This document shows, in pieces, positions 1 through 12,350 of a DNA stretch of 64,000 bases; the first letter of the stretch is position 1; the number at the start of each line of letters is the position of its first letter. The position numbers and the translations under genes are program-made. The notes below the pieces were generated by a model that saw nothing but the letters and a program-made list of their open reading frames with translations, did no database searches and was not told the DNA's origin. This DNA comes from Octopus vulgaris (lineage: Eukaryota), in the NCBI GenBank assembly GCA_951406725.2, contig OX597817.1:134168001-134232000 (forward strand), in the 5' to 3' direction.

Positions 1-103
1 TTACCACTAGTTTTTTGAGGGAACGTCAATCGGCTATGGAGGTCCACCAGAGTAAAATTAATCAAAAGGGTCCATTGATAAAAAAAAAATTTGAGAATCA
101 CTG
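1..103. mobile_element. Right end of hAT/Charlie-type MITE, truncated by window start
   Basis: Ends in AAAAATTTGAGAATCACTG, resembling the AAAAAGGTTGAGAACCACTG terminus of hAT-Charlie MITEs; other end not in window. Confidence 0.45.
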
Positions 104-560
104 GTGTACATTATTGAAAGTATTAAGTAATCTGTTAGTTTAATGTTAAATTGTTTATATAAATACAACTTCATGTCAAACACAAGAGTGTGTTCATCAA
201 ATGATATGTACGTACGAATATATTAATGAGCACGATGCCTTCCTTCGCCTAAGAATCATAGAAATTTTCTCAATATGTTCTTACACTATTTTGATAAGTA
301 CGCTCATTATAATTTGTCTGTCAAATATTTCTTCCGCTGTCAGAAAATTCAAACATGGTAACCGCACAAATAAGGCCGCAGTCTAATGATTGAAACAGGC
401 AAGAGAATAAGAAAAAAATCAGAGATCAAAAAGTAAATATTCATCATTGAAATTTTAAGGCATCGAAAAATATTTTCGATTTAAAATACTGAAATCTATC
501 TTTTCTAAGTTAAAATTCTTTGTTGTTGTCATAGACTCAACATTTTTTCTGCTTTTCATC

Positions 561-939
561 GTGGCACTTCGTCGGTTGCGACGACGAGGGTAACAGTTGA
601 TCCGATCAACTTAACAGCCTGCTCGTAAAATTAACGTGCAAATGGCTGAGTACTCTTTAGACACGTGTACCTTTAACGTAGTTCTCAGAGATTCAGCGTG
701 AAACAAAGAGTGACAAGGCCGGCTCTTTGAAATACAGGTACAAGAGGAACAGGAAGAAAGGGCGAGAGAAAGTTGTGGTGAAAGAACACAGCAGGGTTTG
801 CCACCCCCCGCTACCGATACCTAGCGGAATTTCAGGTGTTTACGCTCAATAAACACTCACAACGCACGGTCTGGCAATCGAAACCGTGGTCTAACGACCG
901 CGAGTCCGCTGCGCTAACCACTGCGCCATTGCGCCTTCA
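561..939 (-). mobile_element. tRNA-derived SINE, family A (OR-like octopus SINE)
   Basis: Minus strand begins GGCGCAATGGCGCAGTGGTTAG (A box) with a GTTTCGATTGCC B-box-like motif; colinear with copies at 9799 and 34930. Confidence 0.85.
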
Positions 940-1168
940 TGCTGCTTTTCATAAATGTTAAGAAGCACCAGTGTAACAGGATAGCCACATGCAAAACAAT
1001 ATATAAATATACAAACGGCCAAATGAAAAGAAAGAAAGCACAGTTTACATTTTCTATAAATACTACTTAAATATGATATTCGTCGACAATGTTCTCGGTT
1101 AAGAGTGCTTGCTTCATTTTAAGTATTGGACCATATGTTTACAGCTGCGTGTGTGTGATATCTGTAAT

Positions 1169-1489
1169 GAAGGCTCGTAGCTTAGTGGTAACGGTATTCG
1201 GCTCCTGGATGAATGTCGTGAGTTCGATCCCAGGCGGCGGTTTGTGTCCTTCTACACGACGCCTTATTTCACCTTGCTCCTGTCCATTCAGCTGACAAAT
1301 ATGAGTGGTACCTGTAATTCAAAGGGGCCGACATTGTCACATTCTTCATCAAGCTGAATCGCCGGGAACTACGTTGAGAGAAAACGTGTCTGCGGAGTCC
1401 TCAGCCACATACACATTAATTTCATAAGCAGCTTGTTCCGTTGATCGGATCAAATGAAACCCTGAACGTCGTATCCGACGGAGTGCCAG
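1169..1489 (+). mobile_element. tRNA-derived SINE, family D (different head/body, family-A 3' tail)
   Basis: A box TAGCTTAGTGG, B box GTTCGATCC; the part from GTACCTGTAATTCAAAGGGGCC to CCGACGGAGTGCC matches the family A tail. Confidence 0.8.
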
Positions 1490-2480
1490 ATTTTATATAT
1501 ATCTATTAGCTTTTCTTATATATTTGAATTTTTCCGATGAAGGTAGGGCTGATTTCAAAAATATATTGTGTTCTTGCTCTAAAATTATTAAAAACCTTCT
1601 CATGAGCTTGGAGTATAGCATTTTAGCCCCTTATTTAAATTCAGTTAGTGTTTTGCGGACTTAGTGTTATTGCTTGAAGGGAACTCCAGAGCATCTGATA
1701 CGGCGGTGTAGGTTCATGAGTGTCCTTTTAGATTTTCCACCCGATTTCCTTGTTTGATAGTTCACGATTACCTCCCCTTCAGTGATCTTTTACGTTTAAT
1801 GTTACTGTTTATGTAGCTCAGCATAAATGGCGTTGCATTCCCTCGTTTTGGAAATACTAGATGCATTACTTTTAGACTGAAACTTGAAATTTATTTTAAG
1901 CTTTTCACTTTTCTAGTCGCCTTACACGAATTCGTCTCATACGGATATACATTAAACACGATATAAATGAGCTACCATTAGTTTCATTTTCGGACAGTCT
2001 CGTGATCGGACGAGATTGTACAGCGTGCATTGTACCAGCTCATCCCATAACAATACATGAAACTTATCACAGTATCGACCACATTATCAGATGCTGTTAT
2101 ACGCCGCTCGTCACGACGCGCTTCCGGTTCTGTTTTGATTGCGTCATTCTTGACCGAAATTGCTTAAATAAATCACCTTCCCATAGTCGTGGTCTTTTCG
2201 ATCTCTTGGGTATCACTCGGCACCTGCACGGCTCCAGCTGTTGACTGAGAACCTTGTGACATGTCTGACCCAACAGAACTCGTGCGTTCGATACTCTACA
2301 CTAATATCATTCACTCCGCTCCGTTCTCGAATTATCTTATCGAAATTAGACATGAAACTTATAGCAGCTCATATTTAGATCCTCTGTTTATTAATATGTA
2401 TTCTTCGCTGGATGGAGTAATTCTTTTAACGATCCTAACAACAAGGGAATAATGTGTGTGTGTGTGCGTGTATTTATATA

Positions 2481-2838
2481 CAGTAATACCACGCAGTATG
2501 AGTTTAATTCATTCCATGACCGAGCTCATCTTACGATTTACTCGTTTTACAAATAAATTTTTACTCCATTGAAATTTACTAAAATATAATTAATCCGTTC
2601 CAGCCCCCCGAAACCACTCATCAATAATTTTTATGAGTTTTCAAACCGAAAATTCGTAGTTACAAGTAAAATGACATTTGCCAAAAAGAATGCAAAAGAA
2701 ATATGTAAACTGGTTTTATTAACTGAATTACCTTAAAGATGGGACAAGTTGTGTGCTCGTACTTCAAGACAAAAATTTGCACGAGTCGCGGCTAGTAATG
2801 CAAATAGCTCGTATAATGGGGCACTCGTACTGCGAAGT

Positions 2839-2845
<7 letters not shown>
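2481..2845. mobile_element. pogo/Tigger-like non-autonomous DNA transposon (MITE)
   Basis: Imperfect TIRs CAGTAATACCACGCAGTATGAGT / ACTCGTACTGCGAAGTACTACAG (18/23 match), TA on both sides. Confidence 0.75.
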
Positions 2846-2927
<82 letters not shown>

Positions 2928-2934
2928 CACACAC
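2846..2934. repeat. (TA)n/(CA)n compound microsatellite
   Basis: Seen directly; source of the spurious YIYIYI ORFs. Confidence 0.95.
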
Positions 2935-3744
2935 AGGTGTGTGTGGTTGTTGTGACGTGTGAGGTCTTGACGTCAGTAGTCAATTTATATCAGCTCTCTC
3001 TCTCTCTCTGTCTCTCTCTCTCTTTCTGATTTTTGGACGTCCGTTTTAACTTGACTAATACGACAGGAGCTGTAATATAAACGTCTCTGTGTGAGTCACG
3101 TTCTGGACAACGAGAGATGTCTTTCGCTGTTTAACTGTGAAACGGATTATATTTTGGCAGATTTTGTCTCAGCCATTCTGTAAATGCTTCATAAAGCTGC
3201 TAATAAGACTTTCCACGGATATTTCCATAATGTCCGATATCGATACCGTTTTACATATCAGGACAAGTGAAAGGAGGCAAACACTCTGAGTGCCATAGCA
3301 CACAGATTGGCGACACCAGTGTCTTCAGAGTGATGATGGCGTTCACCATTGTTAGTGATGATGATGATGATGATGATAGGACTGTTCATAGAGAAGTATT
3401 TTACATAATAGTCTAAACAAGGCTAGCTGGTTGGTGAGCATTTATATACACAGACGTGTATGTATGTGTGTGTGTATGCATGTGTTTTTTGCTTTCACAT
3501 GTTTGCGATTGGAATTCAAAGAAAAAAAAAGCCGTCAAATTTTACATCTACCATGTTGGTTGTGGTTGACTTTGTGGGATTTATTTCGTTTCCAATATTT
3601 GGACATGGTGGATCGCTCTGAGACGTCTTTATTCTTTAAGATATGGAACAATTGTAGTTCTGTTTCACTATCAATGCCATTAATTCCAAAAGGGTGAGAA
3701 CCTGCGAATTTCAACGCCACGGCTGCACATCCTAACTCCAACAC

Positions 3745-3895
3745 ATTTTAGGTAATCTATAATATCGATCCCAGTACTGATTATTTTATTTGTATTTTGC
3801 TTACATTATCAACACCAGAAAGATGAAAGGCAAAATAGCGTCTGACGGATTTGAACTGGGATCATAACATATTAGGGCACCGTAACGCTTCTGCC
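3745..3895 (-). mobile_element. Degenerate SINE family C fragment
   Basis: ATCGATCCCAGTACT...GATGAAAGGCAAA...GGATTTGAACT motifs shared with family C. Confidence 0.6.
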
Positions 3896-4302
3896 GTATG
3901 CTGTGCCTGATTTACATATAGGCTTGTCAGGCAGAAGCCTCAAGGCCTCGAAATCTAGTGTACCTCCTTCTAAAGGATACCTTTTTAACGTTGTCATGTG
4001 TTTTCAGCGTGGATCCTCAAAAGTGAGGTAGCCTAGGGGCTCTCATGAACCAAATCGAACTATATGTTATGCTATGTATATATTTTATTCGTGTTAGTTA
4101 TTAATATGTTTCATAATATTTCTGTGAACCAAAACCCCAAGCTCAATGACAAATATTACTCTGTTTATTCCGGATATTAAATGAGACATATCTGGCGAAG
4201 TTTCGATTTTATTGTGTCCTCACTAGTGAAACAAACACCACAGCACTTTTCGAAATAACGTTGATTTAATGGAGGTGTGACAATTAGCAAAACTAATATG
4301 AG

Positions 4303-4450
4303 TTTATTAAAAATATTTCAAGATGATAAACCATTAACTGTTATAGTATTCTTTTGGGGGAAAAGGGGGAAAATAAAAAAGTAATGTTTATTAAAAATAT
4401 TTCAAGAGCTGTTATAGCAATCTTTTGGGGGAAAATAAAAAAGTAATGTT
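4303..4450. repeat. Local tandem duplication (two imperfect units of ~65-85 bp)
   Basis: TTATTAAAAATATTTCAAGA...CTGTTATAG...CTTTTGGGGGAAAA...TAAAAAAGTAATGTT occurs twice. Confidence 0.85.
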
Positions 4451-4624
4451 GGTAGAAACACATAAGTAACTGAATAGTGAAGCGATGTTATTGTAAAGAA
4501 TGTGTAATTAATTTTAAGGAGCCCACGCGTAGAACAGCCCTCACACACACGCACACACACGCGCATGTAAGCGGACGCTCACGTACCCACAATTATGTCC
4601 ACGCTAATCTTGATCCATCCTTTA

Positions 4625-4950
4625 AAACCGGCACTGTAGGTTATGACGGCGAGGGCTCCAATTTATCCGATTAACAGAATAGCCTACTCATGAAATTAGC
4701 GTGCAAGTGGCTGAGCTCTCCGCAGACACGCGTACCCCTCATGTAATACTTGGAGTGATTGAACGAGGTACACAGTGTCACAGAGTTGGCTTCTTTGAAT
4801 TGCAAATACAACTCATATTTGTCAGCCGAATGAACTGGAGTAATGAGAAATAAAGTGTTTGGCCCAAGAACACGATGCGGCGCCTGGATTTGAACTCGCG
4901 GTATAACGCTCTTGAAACAAATGTCTTAATCACTAAGTCGCACGCTTTCG
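4625..4950 (-). mobile_element. SINE family D, degenerate
   Basis: Family A/D tail (GAAATTAGCGTGCAAGTGGCTGAG) and head (GGATTTGAACTC...AATCACTAAGTC) in reverse orientation. Confidence 0.7.
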
Positions 4951-4981
4951 CTGATCCATCCTCAACTTCCACACACCATAC

Positions 4982-5049
4982 ATGTTTGCAGCAGTTAGCG
5001 TGATGAGTCTAAGAACAAACCCAGACACGTCACGCTAACTGCTGAACAT
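4982..5049. other. Isolated ~68-nt hairpin, pre-miRNA-sized
   Basis: Perfect 15-bp inverted repeat CAGCAGTTAGCGTGA (4989-5003) / TCACGCTAACTGCTG (5030-5044), extendable to ~26 bp around a 12-nt loop. Confidence 0.6.
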
Positions 5050-5495
5050 TGATGTTCACAGAGTCGATCTAAAAGGTCTCGCGGGGCTTGGAAAGAACAT
5101 GAAATCCGCTCCGTTCAATAAGAACTCACACACACACACACACACACACACATTTACTAACCATCGTACACCCGCTCATACATATTCCATTGCAATCACA
5201 GACAGCCAGACACTCCCACACACATATACTCAACTGCAGACAGAATTCAATTAATATTTGCGTTAATGAACAAAACATTAGTTTGAGTTTATTATTTGAC
5301 GAGTCAAAGCGATAAATTAATATGCGTTTTAATTAACCACGATCTACTGAATATATTATTATTATATTTTTGAACTGGTATCCGTCATTAGTCTGTACCA
5401 ATATCCGTAGAGAGTCTCACTGCGAAGTAAACAAAAAAAAAACCAAAAAAACTTCTAGTGACCACAAAGCGAGTAAAAAATATATATGTATTATA

Positions 5496-6022
5496 CAGGC
5501 GTGGGCAAAAGTAGGGATGCAATTGCTTAATAGGAGTGAAATGTCTAAGTGATTCATAAGTCGACTAAGAGATCAGCTGGAGATGCCTAGTTCGTTGGAA
5601 GCCCTCTTTTTATATTTTGGGGGACTTTAAGTATTTAATTTTCCTCAGTGGTAACACTGACCGGTAACACTGTGGTAACACTGACCTGTGCATTGCAGAT
5701 GAAACCAGTCTGCTCAAATTTGTCACGTATTCTATAAACTGTTAATCGTGATGGAGCTGGTCTTTGAAATTCTTCAGTCCATTTCTATCCAACCTTTTCA
5801 ACATTCTCTGTTTTCCGCAACTCTCTGATGATACACTTTCATTCATTGTTGAACAAATTTCCAGCCATTTGATAAATATATGAAATTAGGAATAATTTTC
5901 TTATTATGGGAAGAATTAGTTAAAAAGAACATAGGATCGTCGAATTCTAAAAAGAAGTAGAAAAATAAAAAGCACATTCCATTCATATTAAGCAGTTGTA
6001 CTCCTACTTTTGCCCCACCACA
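5496..6022 (-). mobile_element. Internally deleted Tc1/mariner-superfamily element
   Basis: TIRs CAGGCGTGGGCAAAAGTAGGGATGCAATTGCTTAAT / ATTAAGCAGTTGTACTCCTACTTTTGCCCCACCACA with TA flanks; minus-strand remnant EEFQRPAPSRLTVYRIRDKFEQTG resembles an N-terminal HTH. Confidence 0.75.
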
Positions 6023-6699
6023 TACTCATTAATATATAGTGTCACACACATTCACACATAGCTGAATGCTTAAATCTACAATCAAGGAGCTCTTGCGAAG
6101 AACATACTTAATTCCATCTTGAGCAAGTGTATTTTCTCTTTCTCTCCCTTACCGCATCCTGATAGAAACCTAAGCTTTGAGGATCTAAAGGGTCACACTG
6201 TATCATGTTTATGTTCCCTGTTTTTGTTGTAGTGAACCACGTATCTGAGGAATTATTCAGTGACTTATGCGATATTAAAAAAAGAGAAGAACTGGAACTC
6301 ACATTGTCCGAGAGATTGGAATTCTTTCTCTTTCTAGTACGCATGCGCGCATATATTAAGGAAACAAATTAACAATTATATCGGTATAGAATATATCCAA
6401 TATATGTGTTGTTATGAAATATTACCCGATAAAAGCATTCTTTACAGCTGTTTCGACGCATCCCGTGAATTACGGTTACTGTCATGCCGTTATTTGTGTA
6501 GACGAAATAAGGTAATTTTGCTGAGAAGCACATAAACGAACGTAATTTGTTTGAAAATCTGTACCGCTGACCAATTCCTATGTTTGTGAAGTAATTAATT
6601 CAGCTTAAATCATTGGATTTCTAAGAATTTGAACTTCCTCCAGCATACTAACCTTGTGCTAACTTATCTCCTGCGTAAGAAGCCCCACACCCATCTGTG

Positions 6700-7160
6700 C
6701 TCACACACACAATACCTCCACAGGTACAATCCCCCATCGAACAACTCTTCCACACTTGACACTCACTGAGCACACAAGCGCTCACACACACACACACACA
6801 CACACAGAGCCTCCTCACGTCACAAATGCTTACACACCACCTACACACATTCTCGCAAGAACGCACATACACACACCCAGGCAAGCACACTCTCACATAC
6901 ACAATAACCGAAATGACCCTCACATCGCACAACGCAACACTCACAACACAGCATCACACAATACACACAACCGAAACCTATATACTCAAACATGCAACAC
7001 ACACACAAGACCGTACTCAGACTCAAACGAGTTCACAAATGTACGCTTCACCTCTCCTTTTTCATTCCCCACCCTTTCTTCTAACTCTTTTCCCTCACTG
7101 TCGCTCACGTATCCTTCTTTCTCCATCACTACCCCTCCTTATTCTCTCCTCCACACACTC
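6700..7160. repeat. Degenerate CA-rich then CT-rich low-complexity tract
   Basis: Seen directly; explains the overlapping 98-153 aa ORFs. Confidence 0.8.
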
Positions 7161-8089
7161 TTTCCTATACATAAACGAGACCGAATAAGAGATGCTGCTC
7201 ATCAAGATGTGTATTAAACAACACAAAATAATACATTCTCTTGGTTTATTGAAATTTTGTTCATCTGAAGTAAGATGACGACCGCTGTAAACAAAACGGT
7301 GTGTCCACAGTTCCTCTTTCCAGTCAATCAGTGCGTTTTCCTTCATGGCATTTCAGTTTCTAAGAAAATTCTTTATTCCCCATGTTATCTCCTCTTCTCA
7401 TTTACAGTTGATTGCAATTAATATAAGGCGCGAAAATACTTTTGATAACCAAGAAATTAACTTGAATATTATTAGATATACTTTTATAATATTATTGGAT
7501 ATGTATATACTTGAAAGCAAACTAATATAAATTAAGAAACAACCCGTAAAAGGGAATAAAAATCTATGTTAGAGAACATATTTTAACAAGAATTATTTTA
7601 ATATGAAGACACATTAGAGTGAGTGCTCAATAACAATGAAAAAATACCAAGCTTGGAGCTATCAATTAGCTGTAATAGAGAGAGAGGGGGGAAAACCACA
7701 TTTAATGGAAAAGGAATGAAATATCTACCGTCCTTTTACTCAATTTTGTAAATTCGTTGCTGATTGTTTTCCCGCTTCTACTAATTAACAGCTGCAAGCT
7801 TTAGATTTTTCCATTTGTGCTGAGCATCCTCACTAATTTGTTTTGCTTAATAAAATAATTCTTTGTATAACTGCGAACGATGTGTACTTAGATTTTATGT
7901 AATATATACACAGCGTCAATATATACCAGACAATCAAATACATACACCTACACGTGGACTGTGAATGCTCACACAATAAGAGGACGGTGGTAAAATCACT
8001 TCTCAGAAAAACGTTTCTATTCTCGTCCACAATCACAATCGGTGCATTAGGAGAAAGAAAAAGTAATCCTTAATCGAGGTTTAATTTTT

Positions 8090-8445
8090 ATTCTTTCACT
8101 TGTCTCAGTTATTAAACTGCAGCCATTCCGGGTCATCGCTTTGAAGAATTCTTAGGCGAATGAATCGACCCCCGTACCGATGTGTTTTAAAGCCTGGTAC
8201 TTATTATATCAGTCTCTTTTGCTAAAACCGCTAAGTTACAGGGTCGTAAACACACCAGCACCACTTGTCAAGTGGGTATGGGGGTACAAACACAGAGACA
8301 GATATATACGACGGGCTTCTTTCATTTTCCATCTACCAAACACATTCATGGGACTTTGGTCGGACCGAGGTTATAGTAGAAGACACTTGGCCAGATGCGA
8401 TGCAGTGAACCCGGAACCATGTACTATACAACCACGCCTGCGTCT
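8090..8445 (-). mobile_element. tRNA-derived SINE family B (OK-like, internal microsatellite)
   Basis: Reverse complement of the near-intact copy at 47437. Confidence 0.85.
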
Positions 8446-8559
8446 ATTGGTTGCTTTATTCCAACAGTCGAGTAGACTGAGCTTTAGCAGAAAACAGTTG
8501 AAAATACAACGAATATATGAGAAAATACATTCGATAAAACGCACGAATCCAATGCAGCA

Positions 8560-8730
8560 AAATCTTACGAACTGTTAATCATAACCCGATAATATATTAC
8601 GAATACACCAAAACCTTTTTATCAGCAACGTAACTCCTCAAACATGTCAACCCAGGAACAAACGAAGACCAATGTAATCTATGAATTTAACTGCAAACTT
8701 TAAAAGTTGCAAACTTCAGGACTCTAACTT
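8560..8730 (+). mobile_element. Penelope-like element remnant (start of GIY-YIG region)
   Basis: Translates QTKTNVIYEFNCK, similar to the PLE NVIYxxxC motif; stops present. Confidence 0.4.
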
Positions 8731-8734
8731 CTAC

Positions 8735-9137
8735 ATTATCTTTTACTTGCTTTAGTCATTAGACTGCAGTCATGCAGGCGCACCACCTTGAAGCATTTTT
8801 AGTCGAACGAATCGATTCTGTGTACGTTTTGTGTTTTAAGCCTGGTATTTATTCCATCGGCCTCTTTTGCCGAACGACTTTGTTATGGGGACTGGTTGTC
8901 AACGTTAAAACATATTTCAAAGGCTTTAAAAGTTTAGAAGTGCACTAGTGGAAGGGGGCATACACTGACGCAAAGATACACACACATATAAAGGCCTTCT
9001 TTCAGTTTACGGCTTCCAAATCCACTGACAAGGGTTTGGTCGGCCCGGGGTTATAGTAGAAGGTGCCACGCAGTCGGACTTAGCTCGAAGTAATGTGGTT
9101 GAGAAGCAAATTTCTTACCACAAAGCCACGCCTACAC
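8735..9137 (-). mobile_element. SINE family B
   Basis: Tail (TTTTACTTGCTTTAGTCATTAGACTGCAGTCATG) through head (TTCTTACCACAAAGCCACGCC). Confidence 0.85.
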
Positions 9138-9798
9138 CAACATTTGATACACTTGCAAAGCCTTGACGGATTAACTGTTTTGCCGGACCACATGGTCAGG
9201 CAATAATAGTTCACCAACAGACCCCTAACCTACTAATTATGGACCTGCCATGCGTCTAAAGTACTGTGAACTGTTCGAAACTTAACAGAAAATTGGATCT
9301 GTGATTACACTTGACAGTATCACTTAGCGTAGTAGCCATAGCTAAGGGCAACTTTGAACGAAATAAGCAGAGTCCCACATGATTTTAGTATCACCACTAA
9401 CAAGCTCGGGGTAAATGATGCATATAAATACAGCGTCACCCGTGGTCGCTCATTCAACTACACTGGCAGTCAATGGAATTTCAAATTTCTGTAAACTTTA
9501 CAGATTAAGGGGTATGCAGGCCGGTGTGCCGGAAATAGGTTGCTATGTATACTATATGTGATCAAGATAACTCACTCTTAGAATCAGCTTTTGTGTGGCT
9601 TCAGGGACGTTTAGCTCTGAGGTTCTGCTGTGGTTCTGGAAGATAGTATAATGGGCTTAACTTCTGACGCCTATGACATCCATAAACAAAGAGTTTAGCA
9701 GCGAATACAGAAGATTTAGTCTCCGAATAAAACAAGTCAGTTAAAACTCAAATGAGACAGGGGGATGTGTGGGACTCGGAGAAGTTACTCTGCGAAGT

Positions 9799-10185
9799 GG
9801 GAAGTACTCCGTCGGTTACGACGACGAGGGTTCCGGTTGATCCGAATCAACGGAACAGCCTGCTCGTGAAATTAACGTGTAAGTGGCTGAGCACTCTACA
9901 GTCACGTGTACCCTTAACGTAGTTCTCGAGGATATTCAGCGTGACACAGAGAGTGACAAGGCCGGCCCTTTGAAATACAGGTACAACAGAAACAGGAAGT
10001 AAGAGTGAGAGAAAGTTGTGGTGAAAGAGTACAGCAGGGATCACCACCATCCCCTGCCGGAGCCTCGTGGAACTTTTAGGTGTTTTCGCTCAATAAACAC
10101 TCACAACGCCCGGTCTGGGAATCGAAACCGCGAACCTATGACCGCGAGTCCGCTGCCCTAACCACTGGGCCATTGCGCCTCCACC
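9799..10185 (-). mobile_element. SINE family A, young full-length copy with 11-bp TSD
   Basis: A box TGGCCCAGTGG, B box GTTTCGATTCC; CTCTGCGAAGT duplicated at 9788-9798 and 10186-10196. Confidence 0.92.
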
Positions 10186-11006
10186 CTCTGCGAAGTAACA
10201 CTACAAGGATCAGGTTATAGTAGCATCTGCGTTTGTATAAAGCGGTATCAAACGAGACACGATTTCGTAACGAAACGACACGAGTTTTAATCAATAACGT
10301 GATATTTTGAGTTTCACTTTAATTTTTATATTAAGCGTATAAATCACGTATTTTTGATCAGTTGTTCAAGTAAATTGCATTCCTGTAGAGAAACGGCGCT
10401 AATTTCCTGTCAACCTCTCCTTGACACATAATCCATGTTTTCTACGGCAAAATGATTTTACTTGCCAGAATTTGGTGACTGAGAAAAGAATGCTACAAGC
10501 CTCCTGGTTTTAATATGACTCAGAGGCATCCGGTTCAGCGGTGAGCATCATCTGTTCGTCTATTTTAGCCTTGAAATAAGTCGCCTTTAAGTCAGTGATT
10601 GCCGTTGGTGTCGCTTCTACCAACAGAAACTTGATTAAATATCGGAAGCTTACATTGAAACGAAGACACCAACAGCAATAATAAGCAAACAGACCTGTCA
10701 GTTGAGATTTAAAAAAAGATGCCTGTACCAGCAGATAAACAATCTTGAAATGGAATTATTAAATGTGAAAGGTCAAGCTGCAATTTCTTATTGTTAATTT
10801 CATAACTTAGCCATTTGGATTTAGTTATTTTGTTGATAACATTCACAAATAAATCGTTACTGTATTCCTCTTCATTATTACCACATATTTAGATTTCTTC
10901 CTCTAAATAAGTGGTATGGACATCGATCGAATTCTTGAGGCATGAGCCGCATATATATTCTTTTATGCACTTCAGCCCAAAGACTGAGGCCATGCTGGAT
11001 CACCAT

Positions 11007-11041
<35 letters not shown>

Positions 11042-11331
11042 CTATTTATATTAAGTACTGTTAGTTCACTACACACACACACACACGTATTTATGTATGT
11101 ATATAAACAAAAAGAAAAAAATCTTGGGAAATTTATCATGGACAAAAGAAAGAAAATATATTTTTATGATAATATGATCTGCACAAGCGTGCGTGTGTAT
11201 ATAAATTTTCAAAACGGAGTACAATAGGAAAGGAGATAATATCTAATTAGTGTATAGATAGATAAACACATAGACATCCACACACATATGCACACTTTAT
11301 TTATACACGCACCTGCACGAGTGTGTCAGCG

Positions 11332-11395
<64 letters not shown>

Positions 11396-11949
11396 TATTC
11401 AGCATTTGAGTAAGCAAACGGAGACACCTATGTAGATGTGTCAATGTGTGCACAGGTTTATCTGGCCACAATATATCGATATTTTGTCAATTATTGATTT
11501 GTATTTCGAGTTGATGTTTCAGGAGAACCGTCTTATTTCCGAAGAAAAAAAAAGAGAAACTCGGTGATTGATCGATTGATGACACAAATATTAGAAGACT
11601 TGCTTGAAGGATTGGTAATTCTTGTTTGGCTGCAATTCTTTATAATATACTGTCTGAGAACGCCCACACACTGGACGGATTTGCTCTACGCAGCAGAAAT
11701 CTTCCAAAGCTTTGGTAATTGCATGCTTGAAAATAAAAATAAACAACCAACCAACCAAATCCAGATCGATGAATACGATCATAGTTTCCACAAGCAACTA
11801 GAAGATAAAGAATGTGTCGTTGGTAGGAATATCCACGGCTAACCTTAACGTAGAGGTACCTTCAGAAAGGTACCTTTACACTGTGATTTAAATCGGAAGA
11901 AACAGCAGCTAAATTTCCTGACAATCACACCCTGACGACTTATATAATT

Positions 11950-12145
11950 TCCTTCACTTATTTCAGTCACTGGAGTGCAACCATTCTGGAACACTACATT
12001 GAAGGGATATCGTCAAACAGATACGCTCCATTACTTATCTTTAAACTCTGGACATAATTCTATTTGGTCTTTTGCCGAACCACTATGTTACAGGAACGGA
12101 GACAAATTTTGGATATTAAACTGAGGGACAAACGCAGAAACGAAG

Positions 12146-12204
<59 letters not shown>

Positions 12205-12350
12205 GGGCTTTCACGCAGTTTCCTCTTTACCACAAAGCATTGATCGGCCCGTGGCTACTGTAGGAGACACTTGCTCAAGATGCTACGCAGAGGAGCTGAA
12301 CCCGAAACCACATGGTTGTCAAATGAACCTCTTAACCAAACCGCCATAAC
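11950..12350 (-). mobile_element. SINE family B with expanded (CA)n
   Basis: Family B motifs either side of the (CA)n at ~12147-12203. Confidence 0.8.

Noticed and set aside
2733-2962. ORFs rich in YIYI/THTH/CVCV, here and at many other sites
   Set aside because: Translations of (TA)n/(CA)n microsatellites, often inside SINE B.
6756-7217. 153-aa His/Thr-rich ORF
   Set aside because: CA-rich low complexity, open on both strands, no domain.
10110-10185. tRNA genes at SINE heads (also 55680-55810)
   Set aside because: A and B boxes are present, but there is no proper acceptor stem or terminator and the sequence continues into repeat bodies.
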